Positions 1-10,625 are shown, numbered from the stretch's first letter. The stretch: DNA of 19,425 bases from Tubiluchus corallicola (GCA_030141605.1 JAQGDQ010001953.1:1-19425); one strand, 5' to 3'. Program-made: numbers and translations. The notes: generated by a model not told the origin, from the letters alone.

Positions 1-86
1 TTTTATAATAAGTTGAATATTCGTAATGAGAGTAGGATTTTAAGTTGTGAAAGCTTATATTATAATGAGGGTTTAGTTTGACTTAC

Positions 87-438
87 AAGGTTCCCACGGT
101 CAGGGAAAATCCTTGAAAATACAAATTTGTCCTGGAAAGTCATGGAAAAAGATAATTTGATAAAATATCAGGGAAAATGATGAAGATTGGGCAAAAAGTC
201 AGAGAAATGGTTGTAAAAATAATCACCGTGAACCGATATTTTTCCAAACGTATTTTTTACGAATCGTGTTCAAATAAAATTTTGTTATGCCAGGATCCAA
301 GTTTCGATTTCTGTTCCAAAAATGATGATTGGCCAACACGTTATGTATCAGTATATGTATGAATGTCCATACGCAAAAATGTATAACTGGTAATACAATT
401 TCTGCTTGTTTTGGTCACTGAATGTCCATATTTGGTCA
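87..438 (+). mobile_element. MITE-like dispersed repeat, truncated copy (family starting AGGTTCCCAC..TCAGGGAAAA)
   Basis: Colinear similarity to 3987-4369, with repeated (g)tcagggaaa sub-terminal motifs. No right TIR seen in this copy. Confidence 0.65.
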
Positions 439-605
439 TATTGATATTAGTACCTGCAAGCTGGATACTAACATTTAATGGCAGTGGTTACTCAAAGTAA
501 ATAATCACGAGGAATCCAGAGCTTGGCTCTTTGTCAAACCTCTAAGATCAGGCATTGAACTGACAGCAACATTTTTGGTCATGATTGGATGGCCTCCGTT
601 TATGA

Positions 606-1007
606 CAGGGGTGTGCAAATTATCTGACTAGCCGGGCCACATCAAACTTTCCCGCAATTCCTGTGGGCCACATGCAGTTTGGTCAAGGAGCCAAGTATAG
701 AAAGGCCTAGTAACGATTTTTTTGCATCCGACCTGCGTACATCATTACTACTACACTCAAGAAACTGTTTTAGAAGTTATTAAAATTTATATTAAAAACC
801 ATATATTTCGTCATGTCCGACAGTGACATTAAGTGACAACGGTCTTGTAAGGGTTAATGCCATCCGATCTAGAGGAAAAAACTACCCGCACTATCTTTGC
901 GATATTGGTGCAGACTTCAGCTGGATCGCGTGGGCCGCACTTTTAGTACGTTGACAAACTCTGGGCCACACAAGATCTCTCGACGGACCGCAGTTTGCAC
1001 AGCCCTG
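606..1007. mobile_element. Non-autonomous hAT (Buster/Charlie-like) MITE
   Basis: 14-bp TIRs CAGGGGTGTGCAAA (606-619) / TTTGCACAGCCCTG (994-1007), 13/14 match. 8-bp TSD GTTTATGA (598-605) / GTTTACGA (1008-1015) with central TA. Sub-terminal GGGCC(A/G)CA motifs. Confidence 0.85.
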
Positions 1008-1186
1008 GTTTACGAAGTAAGCGGCCGAATTCACCTACCTTGAATACAAATTCGCGTTCCCGTCTTAACGTTTTGCTAACAGTCACAATCTCACAGGAAA
1101 AACAGCTTGTGATTTACTAGAACATTATTACTTCTCAAACAGGATAAACAAAATTTAATGAAAAGTATTATTTATGTAAAAAATAA

Positions 1187-1590
<404 letters not shown>

Positions 1591-1794
1591 TTCTGCAAGG
1601 TACATGTTTTGTATTGCATAGTCAAAAGAATCACAAATTCACTAAGGGAGCCATTGGGAGGAATCTGAAGGCTTGCAAAGTCTATTTATTTATTTTAAAA
1701 TTCCTGTAGGAACTTGCTTTAATTAATTAGTGTATCTGTCCTCGTTTGGAAGAGGCTTTGGTTGCTGACGACACGTTTTTTCTGTTTCCTTTAG

Positions 1795-1962
1795 GAACTT
1801 CACAAGTTGTTCGACGATTCCGATTCGTTCTACTACTCTCGCACGGCAGATCTGACAAACACCATCCAGCGGCAGTGCGGGCATGCGTCGTCGCCGTGGA
1901 AACAAGCGGATGAGCGATTCTTTTGGAATCAGCACATGCTTCGGGACCTGCTGGATGAGCAG
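1795..1962 (+). CDS. INPP5F: Sac2/INPP5F-like phosphoinositide phosphatase, internal exon A (left copy)
   Basis: Not in the ORF track. Acceptor ttttttctgtttcctttag|, donor CAG|gtaatg, 168 nt, phase 0/0. Translates ELHKLFDDSDSFYYSRTADLTNTIQRQCGHASSPWKQADERFFWNQHMLRDLLDEQ, containing the SAC-domain motifs FYYS..DLT and RFFWN. Confidence 0.92.
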
Positions 1963-2064
1963 GTAATGCGTGCCCGATGAATTGGTACTGTTTTTCAGTG
2001 ATGCTGAAAACATGTTTACATTAACTACAGTGTGAACGGGGCTTTACAGTGTTAACAGAATAAA

Positions 2065-2073
2065 TTATTATTA

Positions 2074-2111
<38 letters not shown>

Positions 2112-2139
2112 GTTATTGTTATTGTTATTGTTATTGTTA

Positions 2140-2221
<82 letters not shown>

Positions 2222-2260
2222 TACTATTACTATTACTATTACTATTACTATTACTATTAC

Positions 2261-2301
<41 letters not shown>
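2065..2301. repeat. Compound microsatellite (TAT)n with (TATTGT)n and (TATTAC)n blocks
   Basis: Directly visible. Confidence 0.98.
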
Positions 2302-2302
<1 letters not shown>

Positions 2303-3003
2303 GTTGTTTATTAATAATTTATCCTGTTCACACTGTAGACACATACTGCAGACGCACTGTGTTCACACTAATGCATTTTTCATTGTCTGAAGTTACTTTT
2401 GTCGACTACGCAGACTATTTTGCAATGATATGGACATTGCACAGTTAGATGACAGAACTGATCTGTGTGCAACCGCCGTCTTTTATAGGCAGTATGTTTG
2501 ACTGGCATTCAGACGTTTATGGGTTCCATTCCCAGCCTGTCGATATTTTTTTGCTTCGTCCTATGTTTATAGATGGCAGTAGTGGTACTTCACAAAGTAC
2601 GTTATTTCGCATTTTTTTCTCCTGCTCATCCAAATTTACAAACAATCTGTGCTGTTAAGGTTGGTACAGACGACCTCTTTTCCCTTGTCATGGTTTCTTT
2701 ATTAAAAGAGGTAGAAAAGAGATTCTTAAAGTGTGTCCCCAAAAAAAACTTTCCTTACAAAGTTATATTACTTATCATTATGCTTACCTGCCTGGAAGTC
2801 TTACGTAACTAGAAAAGAAAATTCTCTTAAAATGTTCGCACCAACTGTTAAAATATCACTGACTCACCAAAAATGACCATTTTTAATCTGATCAGGGGCA
2901 TATTAACCAATAGGCTTACTAGGCTATAGCTTAAGTTTGAGGGTCGCTACATTTTAGGCACCCAATTTTAAAAAAATTCTTTTTCTCCTTGGAAAATGTG
3001 TGT

Positions 3004-3434
3004 TTGACCTGTTTTCTTGTGCTTTAAGTACTGTCTGACTTGTTTTCTTATCTTTTAAGTACAGTGTCACCTGTTTTCTTGTGCTTTAAGTACAGTCTGA
3101 CTCGTGGTCTTGTGCTTTAAGTACAGTCTGACTCGTGGTCTTGTGCTTTAAGTACAGTCTGACTCGTGGTCTTGTGCTTTAAGTACAGTCTGACTCGTGG
3201 TCTTGTGCTTTAAGTGCAGTCTGACTCGTGGTCTTGTGCTTTAAGTACAGTCTGACTCGTGGTCTTGTGCTTTAAGTACAGTCTGACTCGTGGTCTTGTG
3301 CTTTAAGTACAGTCTCACTTGTTTTCTTATGCTTTAAGTACAGTCTCACTTGTTTTCTTGTGCTTTAAGTACAGTCTGATTTGTTTCCTTGTGCTTTAAG
3401 TACAGTCTGACTTGTTTTCTTATGCTTTAAGTAC
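3004..3434. repeat. 31-bp minisatellite, about 14 units (cttgtgctttaagtacagtctgactcgtggt / ...cttgtttt variants)
   Basis: Unit starts at 3016, 3047, 3078 ... 3419, a 31-bp period. Confidence 0.97.
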
Positions 3435-3559
3435 GGTCCTTGTATGACAAGGTACTCTTGACAAGTTTTTTCATTGTTATAAATATTTTTTAATTTTGAA
3501 ATGGAATGAATTATTGAATCTTTGAATTCAAATTCAACTGGAAAAAATTAAAAACTCGG

Positions 3560-3601
3560 GATGCGCTTGGATTTGAACTAGAGACCTTTGGATTACAAGT
3601 C
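3560..3601 (-). other. Degenerate tRNA-like fragment (possible SINE head remnant)
   Basis: Minus strand reads gacttgtaatccaaaggtctctagttcaaatccaagcgcatc: an anticodon-arm-like segment plus B-box-like GTTCAAATC. No 5' half or A box seen. Confidence 0.35.
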
Positions 3602-3668
3602 TTCTTTTCTTTGGTCTTCTAGATTTCTAAGCTGCTTGTAATCACCCTTTGTTTCATTTTTTGCTTAG

Positions 3669-3861
3669 CAGTCTGGCTCGGTTGCAGATGAATGGATCTT
3701 GCCGATCGTACACGGTTACGTTGCCGTTCAAGGATATCAGCTGGATTTCCACGAGAACCACGTTTCTGCCGCCGATGCCAGTCCGCTGGATCCTAATCCG
3801 TTGCTGGAGCCTGCTGAGTACACGCTGACGCTCATCTCTCGACGAAGCAAACATCGTGCTG
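3669..3861 (+). CDS. INPP5F: Sac2/INPP5F-like exon B (left copy); start is 3669 or 3672 (tandem acceptor)
   Basis: Acceptor tttttgcttag|cag|, donor G|gtattt (phase 1). Translates (Q)SGSVADEWILPIVHGYVAVQ...YTLTLISRRSKHRAG, with the SAC motif LISRRS..RAG. Confidence 0.92.
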
Positions 3862-3986
3862 GTATTTCTGCTTCATATAAATAGTTGTTTTTAAAGGTCT
3901 TTGTAGAAAGAAGCTTTGTTCTCGTAACGCAAATTTGAAAATTTAATATTTTTCATCAGTTTAGATTCATTTCAAGAAACGTTCGC

Positions 3987-4412
3987 AAGGTTTTCACTGT
4001 CGGGGAAAATCCAGGAAAATTCTTGAAAATACAGGCTGTCGTGGAAAGTCAGGGAAAAAAGATCATTTGGTAAAAAGTCAGGGAAAATGATGAAAATTGG
4101 GGCGAGAAGTCAGGGAGATTGAAAAGGGTTTCAAAAAAAAATAATCACCCTGATCCGATATTTTTTCAAACATATTTTTCAGCGATTCTTGCTCCAATAA
4201 AATTTTGCTATGGCAGGCTACCAGTTTTGATTTCTGTTCCAAAAATAATGATTGGCCGACACATTACATATCAGTATGTGTATGAATGTCCATACACCAA
4301 AATGTCTGAATATGTATACTGGTAATACAATTTCTGCTTATCTTGGTCATGGAAGATCAATATTTGGTCACCCAGATGTCAGTTAAAATTATTTTAAAAT
4401 TCTGTGGGAACC
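3987..4412 (+). mobile_element. MITE-like element, second copy of the 87-438 family, with a candidate right TIR
   Basis: Similar to 87-438. Ends GTGGGAACC (4404-4412), the reverse complement of the GGTTCCCAC that starts copy 1. No TSD identified. Confidence 0.65.
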
Positions 4413-5216
4413 AGTGGCATAGTGCCCATTGGACAAGGCTAAACAAATGCCAGGGTCCCCCGAGGTCTATGGGCCCCAAAGCCTGACCCTCAGGAATAAG
4501 AATTTTCCGCGGATATGCGAAATTCCGAGTTTTTGGAAGACCAGTAGTGCCATTTTTGTAAATCACATGAATTCGTTGAGAAAATTTTTATGGACCCAGT
4601 ATGTTATTTCACAAGCTGACCGCTAGTTGGCAGGCCGTCACTTTGTTTACATCACGTACATCAGTGTAACCACGTGTAGATCTCTATGTATAAAAATATA
4701 GAATCAATTGTGCAGAGTTATTTGAGTCAATTGCAGACAGTTTTTATATACTTTTGCATAGGAGCAGCCAGTACTTAGGCATTTGTGAGACAATTAGGTA
4801 TCATGTATCCTTGATAGTCGTGTATTTTAAATTATGCATGAAACGAGGTAATTGATATTTTAAGTCCACTTAGAGGCTCTCTACGGTTACAAAATTGCAA
4901 TTTGTTGCTTTGCCCCCTTGAACCCCCATGGTGTCTACGCAGCTCCCAACCCCCCGACTTGTTTCAGAATTTTTTGCAATTTGTCATTCTCATCGCTGGT
5001 AGCTAGTGATGCTATTAATTATATTTTATATTTTTTATTCCTACAATCAAATGTTTTCCTTACTGGCCAAGCGCTTATTCGTTAGCCATTTCATAGGACG
5101 GGTAGTTGTTGCAAGCAAAAGTTGCTGATTTTGAACTTGGCATTATGCCAATGTTGGTCTAAACTGCATCCAAATTGAGTATGAATTAAAACGAGGATTG
5201 GTGAATTATTTTACGA

Positions 5217-5963
5217 CTAGCAAAGGCCCCGCAAAAAATATCGCTTATAAATACACGTAAAATCAAAAATACGCAAACATCCTACCTAGTGTTTGTTTAC
5301 TTACCTAATGCAAAGCCAGCAGCTTTTACTGAATTAAAGTTATAAGATTATAAGACAGAGTACAATGGATGACGTCACAACAATGGCTTTGCGTCAGCAG
5401 TTTTCCATGCGAAAATTGCCGAAAATAGAACATCTAATTAACTCGTCGGCGCTCCTCTTGGTGGAGCTGTCCTAAAATATAACCCACACCATCGTGTAGC
5501 CCCGTTCTTCCTCTTTTTAAAGAGCTACATATCTCCTTCCGAGAGTCCCACCAGGCGCCGCTAGAACGTTTTTCCCGCAGGCTGTTTGACCAACATTTCG
5601 AAAAAATCGTGAGTTGAGTCGGGGAAAACACCCGTTACGAGACGCCGTGGCCCTGTCGCGAATTCTAAATATGCCTACTACACCCACCGCTGAACGGGCT
5701 ATCTATCCATAGCCAGCACCGCCCATGGCCCATTCCCGTTCTTCAGATATCAGACGTATAAGCTTTGCAAAAAATGGCCATTTTTGGAGGTTTTTCGCCC
5801 CCCCCCCGTTCCTCGCAGTGGGCCCGATACGAAAACTAAACCCCCAATGGCACGACACTAGACGGAGACCTTTCGTTCGATGTATAGATCGCCGCAAATG
5901 GTGCCCTCGTCCGGGCTGTAGCCTCGAATCTTATAATTATACCAAGAATATTAATATAAGAGA
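5217..5963 (-). mobile_element. Probable non-autonomous Helitron-like element (left copy)
   Basis: On the minus strand it starts A|TCTCTTATATTAAT and ends GCGATATTTTTTGCGGGGCCTTTGCTAG|T: 5'-TC, 3'-CTAG, an A/T target and a weak sub-terminal hairpin. The interior is GC/CpG-rich and non-coding. Confidence 0.6.
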
Positions 5964-6027
5964 TCAAGTGCTTGATGAAATTGTACATTATATGTAAAAG
6001 TGTTAAAATATCTTGTATCTTATTCAG

Positions 6028-6095
6028 GTACACGATATCGACGTCGAGGTGTAGATGATGATGGCTTCTGCGCAAACTACGTTGAAACAGAACAA
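6028..6095 (+). CDS. INPP5F: Sac2/INPP5F-like exon C (left copy)
   Basis: Not in the ORF track. Acceptor tcttattcag|, donor CAA|gtacga, 68 nt, phase 1/0. Translates (G)TRYRRRGVDDDGFCANYVETEQ, completing the SAC motif RAGTRY..RG.D..G..AN.VETEQ in phase with exons B and D. Confidence 0.93.
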
Positions 6096-6525
6096 GTACG
6101 ATATTTTATCTGTTAAAGATTCATTTTTTTATACAGTTTAATACTCTCCACACCAGGATCTAACACTTAGCAAAGATTTAGCAGTTACCAAGAGAGCCTA
6201 CTTGATGTTTGCAGTTTGGGGGTGGGACCGGTACCTAGTGCATTATCAGAAATAATCTTTCGATGCAAAGTATTGAGCCTCTAGAGTGTCTTAACCATGT
6301 CTTCTCTCAGTGAAAGAAACAGTTTGTTCAGTAAAATGAATAAAACTGCTCTGAAGCAGTAGCTAGCCAACCGTCTGTTTACTAACTAAGTCTGGCGTTG
6401 CTTAACTTTGCAGCTAAACCCTCGTTTTCCCAATGGTCACTTAGCTAAACATGTTTTGTGTGTTTAACAACTTTTTCACTAATAACGTGCCAAGTGTTTC
6501 CACAAATGAAAAAAGATTGTCCAAA

Positions 6526-6663
<138 letters not shown>

Positions 6664-7086
6664 AAAAACATTCCACTTTTTTCATTTTTAAAAATGATAT
6701 TTTCTGCCTGAAATATAGTTCACACCGTGAGCTTTCCTCTGCAGAATTTTTTGCAAAAAAATTCTATATCTTTTGCTTAAATCTAAGTAATGTAACAGCT
6801 TTTATTTAAAAAATATTGCATTTTTTTTATAAACTTATTTATTTTCCATCACCTTTCATATACAGAACAAAACTGATAAACGTACCTTAAGAATTAGTAA
6901 GTATTCTATTAGAAAGTTGAGACATTTATAATTATTTATAGATACCTATATTTTAATAATGACAGTACGTCAATTGCAAAAGGTTAAATTAACGTTTACT
7001 GAATCGGCTTGAAGCTTTTATAAATTCCTGCGTTAAATCAAAAATTGTTTTATTTTGGTCAAGATTGAAAAGTGAGTTACCATGTA

Positions 7087-7599
7087 CAGTAGTACCTCTG
7101 TTTTCGAGCATAATTCGTTCCTAAAAAGTGTTTGAAAACCAATTTGGTTGAGAACCGAATCATTTATTCCCGTGAGAAATAACGTAAAAGCAAATAATCC
7201 GTTCTCAAGCACCAAATGAACCGTAAAGTATTACTATAATGAAATATAATAATGCAAAAATGCTTATTCAAACAGTAGATATGATATAATTGATAAGAAA
7301 AACATAATAGAATTACTTTGAAAGAAAAACATAATTGTTCCTGCATGAAACTGGAGAAAAATAAGCGTAGAAAGCACTTAGCGATGTTAGGCGATTCAAA
7401 TCTTGTGCGTGACTACTCTCGGGCGCGGTCGGTTACGCTCGGCTCTACTCGGCTCGCCGCGCATGTGTTCATCACGTGCTTGGCGGCCGGTCGAGTACCG
7501 AAATTCTGGTCGAGAACGCGGACAATTTCAGCTCGAATTTTCTGGTCGAAAACCGATTTGTACGAGTACGGAGACGTTTCGACAACGGAGGTACGACCG
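7087..7599. mobile_element. Tc1/mariner-superfamily (Tigger/pogo-like) MITE (left copy)
   Basis: 21-bp TIRs CAGTAGTACCTCTGTTTTCGA / TCGACAACGGAGGTACGACCG (17/21 match), flanked by TA on both sides (7085-7086, 7600-7601). Confidence 0.8.
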
Positions 7600-7764
7600 T
7601 AACAAAGTGCTGATTTTAGTTTTGACGTTTAATTCACTAATATTAACTGTGAGAAAATTTGATAATTTAATAAATTTTGCTCGAGTGATTTTGCACTGCA
7701 TTTTGTTTATTAATTGAAACTTTCTTTAAATCTTGCTGCTTTCTGATCGTCACGTTTGTTTCAG

Positions 7765-8268
7765 ATAGTTCAGTACGGCGAACATGAAGCGTCGTTCGTG
7801 ATCGTTCGGGGCTCCGTGCCCCTCTACTGGAGTCAGCCCGGGTACAAGTATCGACCACCGCCCTGCCTCGACCGAAGCCACGACGAGTCCCAGCGCGCGC
7901 TGCGCAAGCACTTCGAGAGAGAGCGGAAGAGTTACGAGCACGTGTGCGTGATAAACCTAGTGGAACAATCCGGGAAGGAGAAGGTCATCTCCGACGCGTT
8001 CCTCACTCACATTCTGGAGTTCAACTCCCCGGATTTGACCTACATTACCTTCGACTTTCACGAATACTGCCGCGGTATGCGGTTCGAAAACGTGTCGGTG
8101 CTGGTCGACGCCATTCAGACGATACTCAAAGATCTGCGCTATTGCTGGCGGGACAGTAAAGGCGTCATATGTAAACAGCAGGGCGTGCTACGCGTGAATT
8201 GTATCGATTGTTTGGACCGGACTAATGTAGTGCAGACAGCTCTAGCCCGATATATAATGGAGTTACAG
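7765..8268 (+). CDS. INPP5F: Sac2/INPP5F-like exon D with catalytic CX5R(T) motif (last exon present in the left copy)
   Basis: Acceptor tttgtttcag|, donor CAG|gtatta, 504 nt, phase 0/0. Motifs RGSVPLYWSQ, FDFHEYCRGMRFENV and RVNCIDCLDRTNVVQ (RVNCIDCLDRTN at 8191-8226). From recalled sequence, CRGM.FENV and GVICKQ.G are Sac2/INPP5F-type. Confidence 0.96.
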
Positions 8269-8314
8269 GTATTATTGCATTTCATGCATTTCTAATTGAA
8301 AGACCAATAGTTAT

Positions 8315-8390
8315 GCCACACTGTATAGTCTAGTTGTAACGTGTCCGCTTTCTGCCTGGGAAGTCGCGAGTTCGATACTGAGATAGGCGC
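8315..8390 (+). other. Degenerate tRNA-like segment / possible SINE head (mirrored at about 11078-11153 minus)
   Basis: A-box-like TAGTCTAGTTG (8326-8336) and B-box-like GTTCGATAC (8370-8378) at tRNA-like spacing. Does not fold convincingly as a cloverleaf. Confidence 0.4.
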
Positions 8391-8727
8391 AATTCGAACA
8401 TTCGATGCGCGCTCCTGGTGGTGAGCTAGTGGTTAGTGTTAAAATGGCTGCGCCTAACGGTTATCGCGGGAGTTTAAATTTACACGTTTTATGCGACGTT
8501 ACGACCGATGCTAGCCATGCATACGAAAAGGTAGTACGTAAGTGGTATAAAATTTCGAGACGAATTTTTTAAGCTTTATGTAAGTGGAGGGTTTTCTTGT
8601 GCTTTAAGATCACCACCATAATCGGGAAGTTTGCATACTGCTGCTCTCTGTTGGAGGCAAATGTAACTAATCTGAGAAATTTGTTGAAATTTACGCTGTA
8701 ACTTACATAAATTGCTACCTTAAATGT

Positions 8728-8954
8728 TTCAGGATATGTGAATAACTAGAAAAGCTTAGATTCAGGATATGTGAATAACTAGAAAAGCTTAGATTCAGGA
8801 TATGTGAATAACTAGAAAAGCTTGGATTCAGGATATGTGAATAACTAGAAAAGCTTAGATTCAGGATGTGAATAACTAGAAAAGCTTAGATTCAGGATGT
8901 GAATAACTAGAAGAGCTTAGATTCAGGATATGTGAATAACTAGAAAAACTTAGA
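8728..8954. repeat. 33-bp minisatellite, 7 units (ttcaggatatgtgaataactagaaaagcttaga), overlapping the inversion junction
   Basis: Units start at 8728, 8761, 8794, 8827, 8860, 8891 and 8922; two units are 31 bp. Confidence 0.97.
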
Positions 8955-8987
8955 TTCTGAAGCTTAGAAGCTGACGAAATTATTCAC

Positions 8988-9154
8988 CTATTATCCGTTG
9001 CTGATGTTCATCTTTGCGCAGCATCCACTGGAGTTCTTCCGGTTCAGCTTTGGGTTTAGTGTTGAGGGCGTCGACGTCGTCGGTGATGGCTTCCCCAAGC
9101 ATCAGATCGATTGCCACCTGTCTGTACGCGTCCTTGAATCTGTTCAGGTAGTAC
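8988..9154 (-). CDS. INPP5F: Sac2/INPP5F-like exon F (spacer only; last exon visible in the minus copy)
   Basis: Not in the ORF track in this frame. Acceptor ttcttacgcag|, probable donor G|gtgaat, 167 nt. Translates (R)YYLNRFKDAYRQVAIDLMLGEAITDDVDALNTKPKAEPEELQWMLRKDEHQQRII, in phase with exon E. The 3' boundary is less certain. Confidence 0.88.
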
Positions 9155-9179
9155 CTGCGTAAGAATTAGACACATTTTT

Positions 9180-9730
9180 TCCATACAAGCCGTCTGACAC
9201 ACATAATGAAAAGTACAGCAGTCAAGGAAAAAAGACAACGCTTTGCAGACTGACACTTCCACCATACAAGCCATCTGACACTTGCTCCATACAAGCCGTC
9301 TGACACTTCGTCCATACAAGCCATCTGACACACATAATGAAAAGTACAGCAGTCAATGAAAAGGGACAAAGCTTTGGAAGTTTTCAGTTACTGTTAATTG
9401 CTCCATGCAAGCCATCTGACACACACAATGAAAAGTTCTGTAGTGAAAAAGGGACAAAACTTCGGTAGTTTTCAGTTACTGTTACTTGCTCCACACAAGC
9501 AGTCTGACACTTGCTCCATACAAGCCATCTGACACACACTCAACGAAAATTTATGCAGTCAATGAAAAGGGGACAAAGCTTCGATAGTTTTCAGTTACTT
9601 GTTATTTTTTCCATACAAGCCGTCTGACACTTCGTCCATACAAGCCATCTGACACACACAAAATGAAAAGTTTCGCAGTCAATGAAAAGAGACAACAACT
9701 TTGGTAGTTTTTCAGTTACTGTCAATCGTT
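9180..9730. repeat. Degenerate higher-order tandem repeat: 25-mer(s) alternating with a roughly 60-75-bp module (aatgaaaagtacagcagtcaatgaaaagggacaaagcttt..ttttcagttactgt)
   Basis: About five diverged modules, each joined to ccatacaagcc(g/a)tctgacac. Confidence 0.85.
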
Positions 9731-10225
9731 CTATACAAGCCGTCTGACACTCCCTCCATACAAGCCGTCTGACACTTCCTCCATACAAGCCGTCTGACAC
9801 TTCCTCCATACAAGCCGTCTGACACTTCCTCCATACAAGCCGTCTGACACTTCCTCCATACAAGCCGTCTGACACTTCCTCCATACAAGCCGTCTGACAC
9901 TTCCTCCATACAAGACGCATGACACTCCCTCCATACAAGCCGTCTGACACTTCCTCCATACAAGCCGTCTGACACTTCCTCCATACAAGCCGTCTGACAC
10001 TTCCTCCATACAAGCCGTCTGACACTTCCTCCATACAAGACACATGACACTCCCTCCATACAAACCGTCTGACACTTCCTCCATACAAGCCGTCTGACAC
10101 TTCCTCCATACAAGCCGTCTGACACTTCCTTCATACAAGCCGTCTGACACTTCCTCCGTACAAGCCGTCTGACACTTCCTCCATACAAGCCGCCTGACAC
10201 TCCCTCCATACAAGCCATCTGACAT
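9731..10225. repeat. 25-bp minisatellite, about 20 units (ccatacaagccgtctgacacttcct)
   Basis: Exact 25-bp period. Explains the three overlapping repetitive minus-strand ORFs. Confidence 0.98.
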
Positions 10226-10318
10226 CCATAATTTTTTATGATGTAAAAGCGTGAATAATAGTGAGTTTTTCCTGAAAACATCCTACATTGCCACTACAGC
10301 ACCTGCTACAAAAAATAC

Positions 10319-10518
10319 CTGTTGGCAGAATTGTATCCGTCCTTCATCAGCCCGGCAAACCTTCGCTCCCCCGTCCTCGTGAAATCCCCCTTCAGAGCAG
10401 CCGTGCCGGCGTACTGTCTGCTCAGGGCGTCTCCGTTGTTCGCCCACAGTTGCTGGTACAAAAGTCTACAGCTAGGCGGCAGCACTTCATCGGGCGGCAT
10501 CAAACCGAACTTTCTAAA
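10319..10518 (-). CDS. INPP5F: Sac2/INPP5F-like exon E (spacer only)
   Basis: Acceptor attcgttttcag|, donor AG|gtattt, 200 nt, phase 0/2. Translates FRKFGLMPPDEVLPPSCRLLYQQLWANNGDALSRQYAGTAALKGDFTRTGERRFAGLMKDGYNSAN(R), with the C-terminal SAC motif WA.NGD..S.QYAGT.ALK.DFTRTG. Confidence 0.96.
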
Positions 10519-10533
10519 CTGAAAACGAATAGG

Positions 10534-10625
10534 AATGAAGTACAGCAGTCAATGAAAAAGGGGACAAAGCTTCGGAAGTTTTTCACTTACTGTCATTTTT
10601 GCTCCATACAAGCTGTCTGGCACTT
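10534..10625. repeat. Solitary copy of the module plus 25-mer of the 9180-10225 repeat family
   Basis: aatgaagtacagcagtcaatgaaaaaggggacaaagcttcggaagtttttcacttactgt...ctccatacaagctgtctggcactt aligns with about 9337-9422. Confidence 0.85.

Noticed and set aside
440-600. Possible intronic H/ACA snoRNA (short stem followed by ACA)
   Set aside because: Could not build a two-hairpin fold with an H box by eye.
849-857. AAGGGTTAA resembling a piggyBac end
   Set aside because: No matching opposite TTAACCC end was found; too short to support.
1723-2013. 96-aa minus-strand ORF (mirror 17414-17704 plus)
   Set aside because: Antisense shadow of exon A, which has the conserved SAC motifs and proper splice sites.
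3004-3434. CRISPR-like appearance of the 31-bp array (also the 33-bp and 25-bp arrays)
   Set aside because: Units are head-to-tail with no unique spacers, there are no cas genes, and the context is a eukaryotic intron.
7765-8268. Assignment to SAC1, FIG4 or synaptojanin
   Set aside because: Recalled motifs (YWSQPGYKY.P.P, CRGM.FENV, MPP..LP, KDG.NSANRYYLNRFKDAYRQ) fit INPP5F/Sac2 best; not database-confirmed.
7756-8295. Stand-alone 179-aa gene as given in the ORF track
   Set aside because: The TTG start and VLLHFMHF tail are intronic; the real unit is exon 7765-8268.
9591-10281. Three overlapping 164-189 aa Cys-rich repetitive ORFs on the minus strand
   Set aside because: Translation of a stop-free 25-bp minisatellite inside the E-F intron; the period is not a multiple of 3, so the same peptide cycles through all frames.
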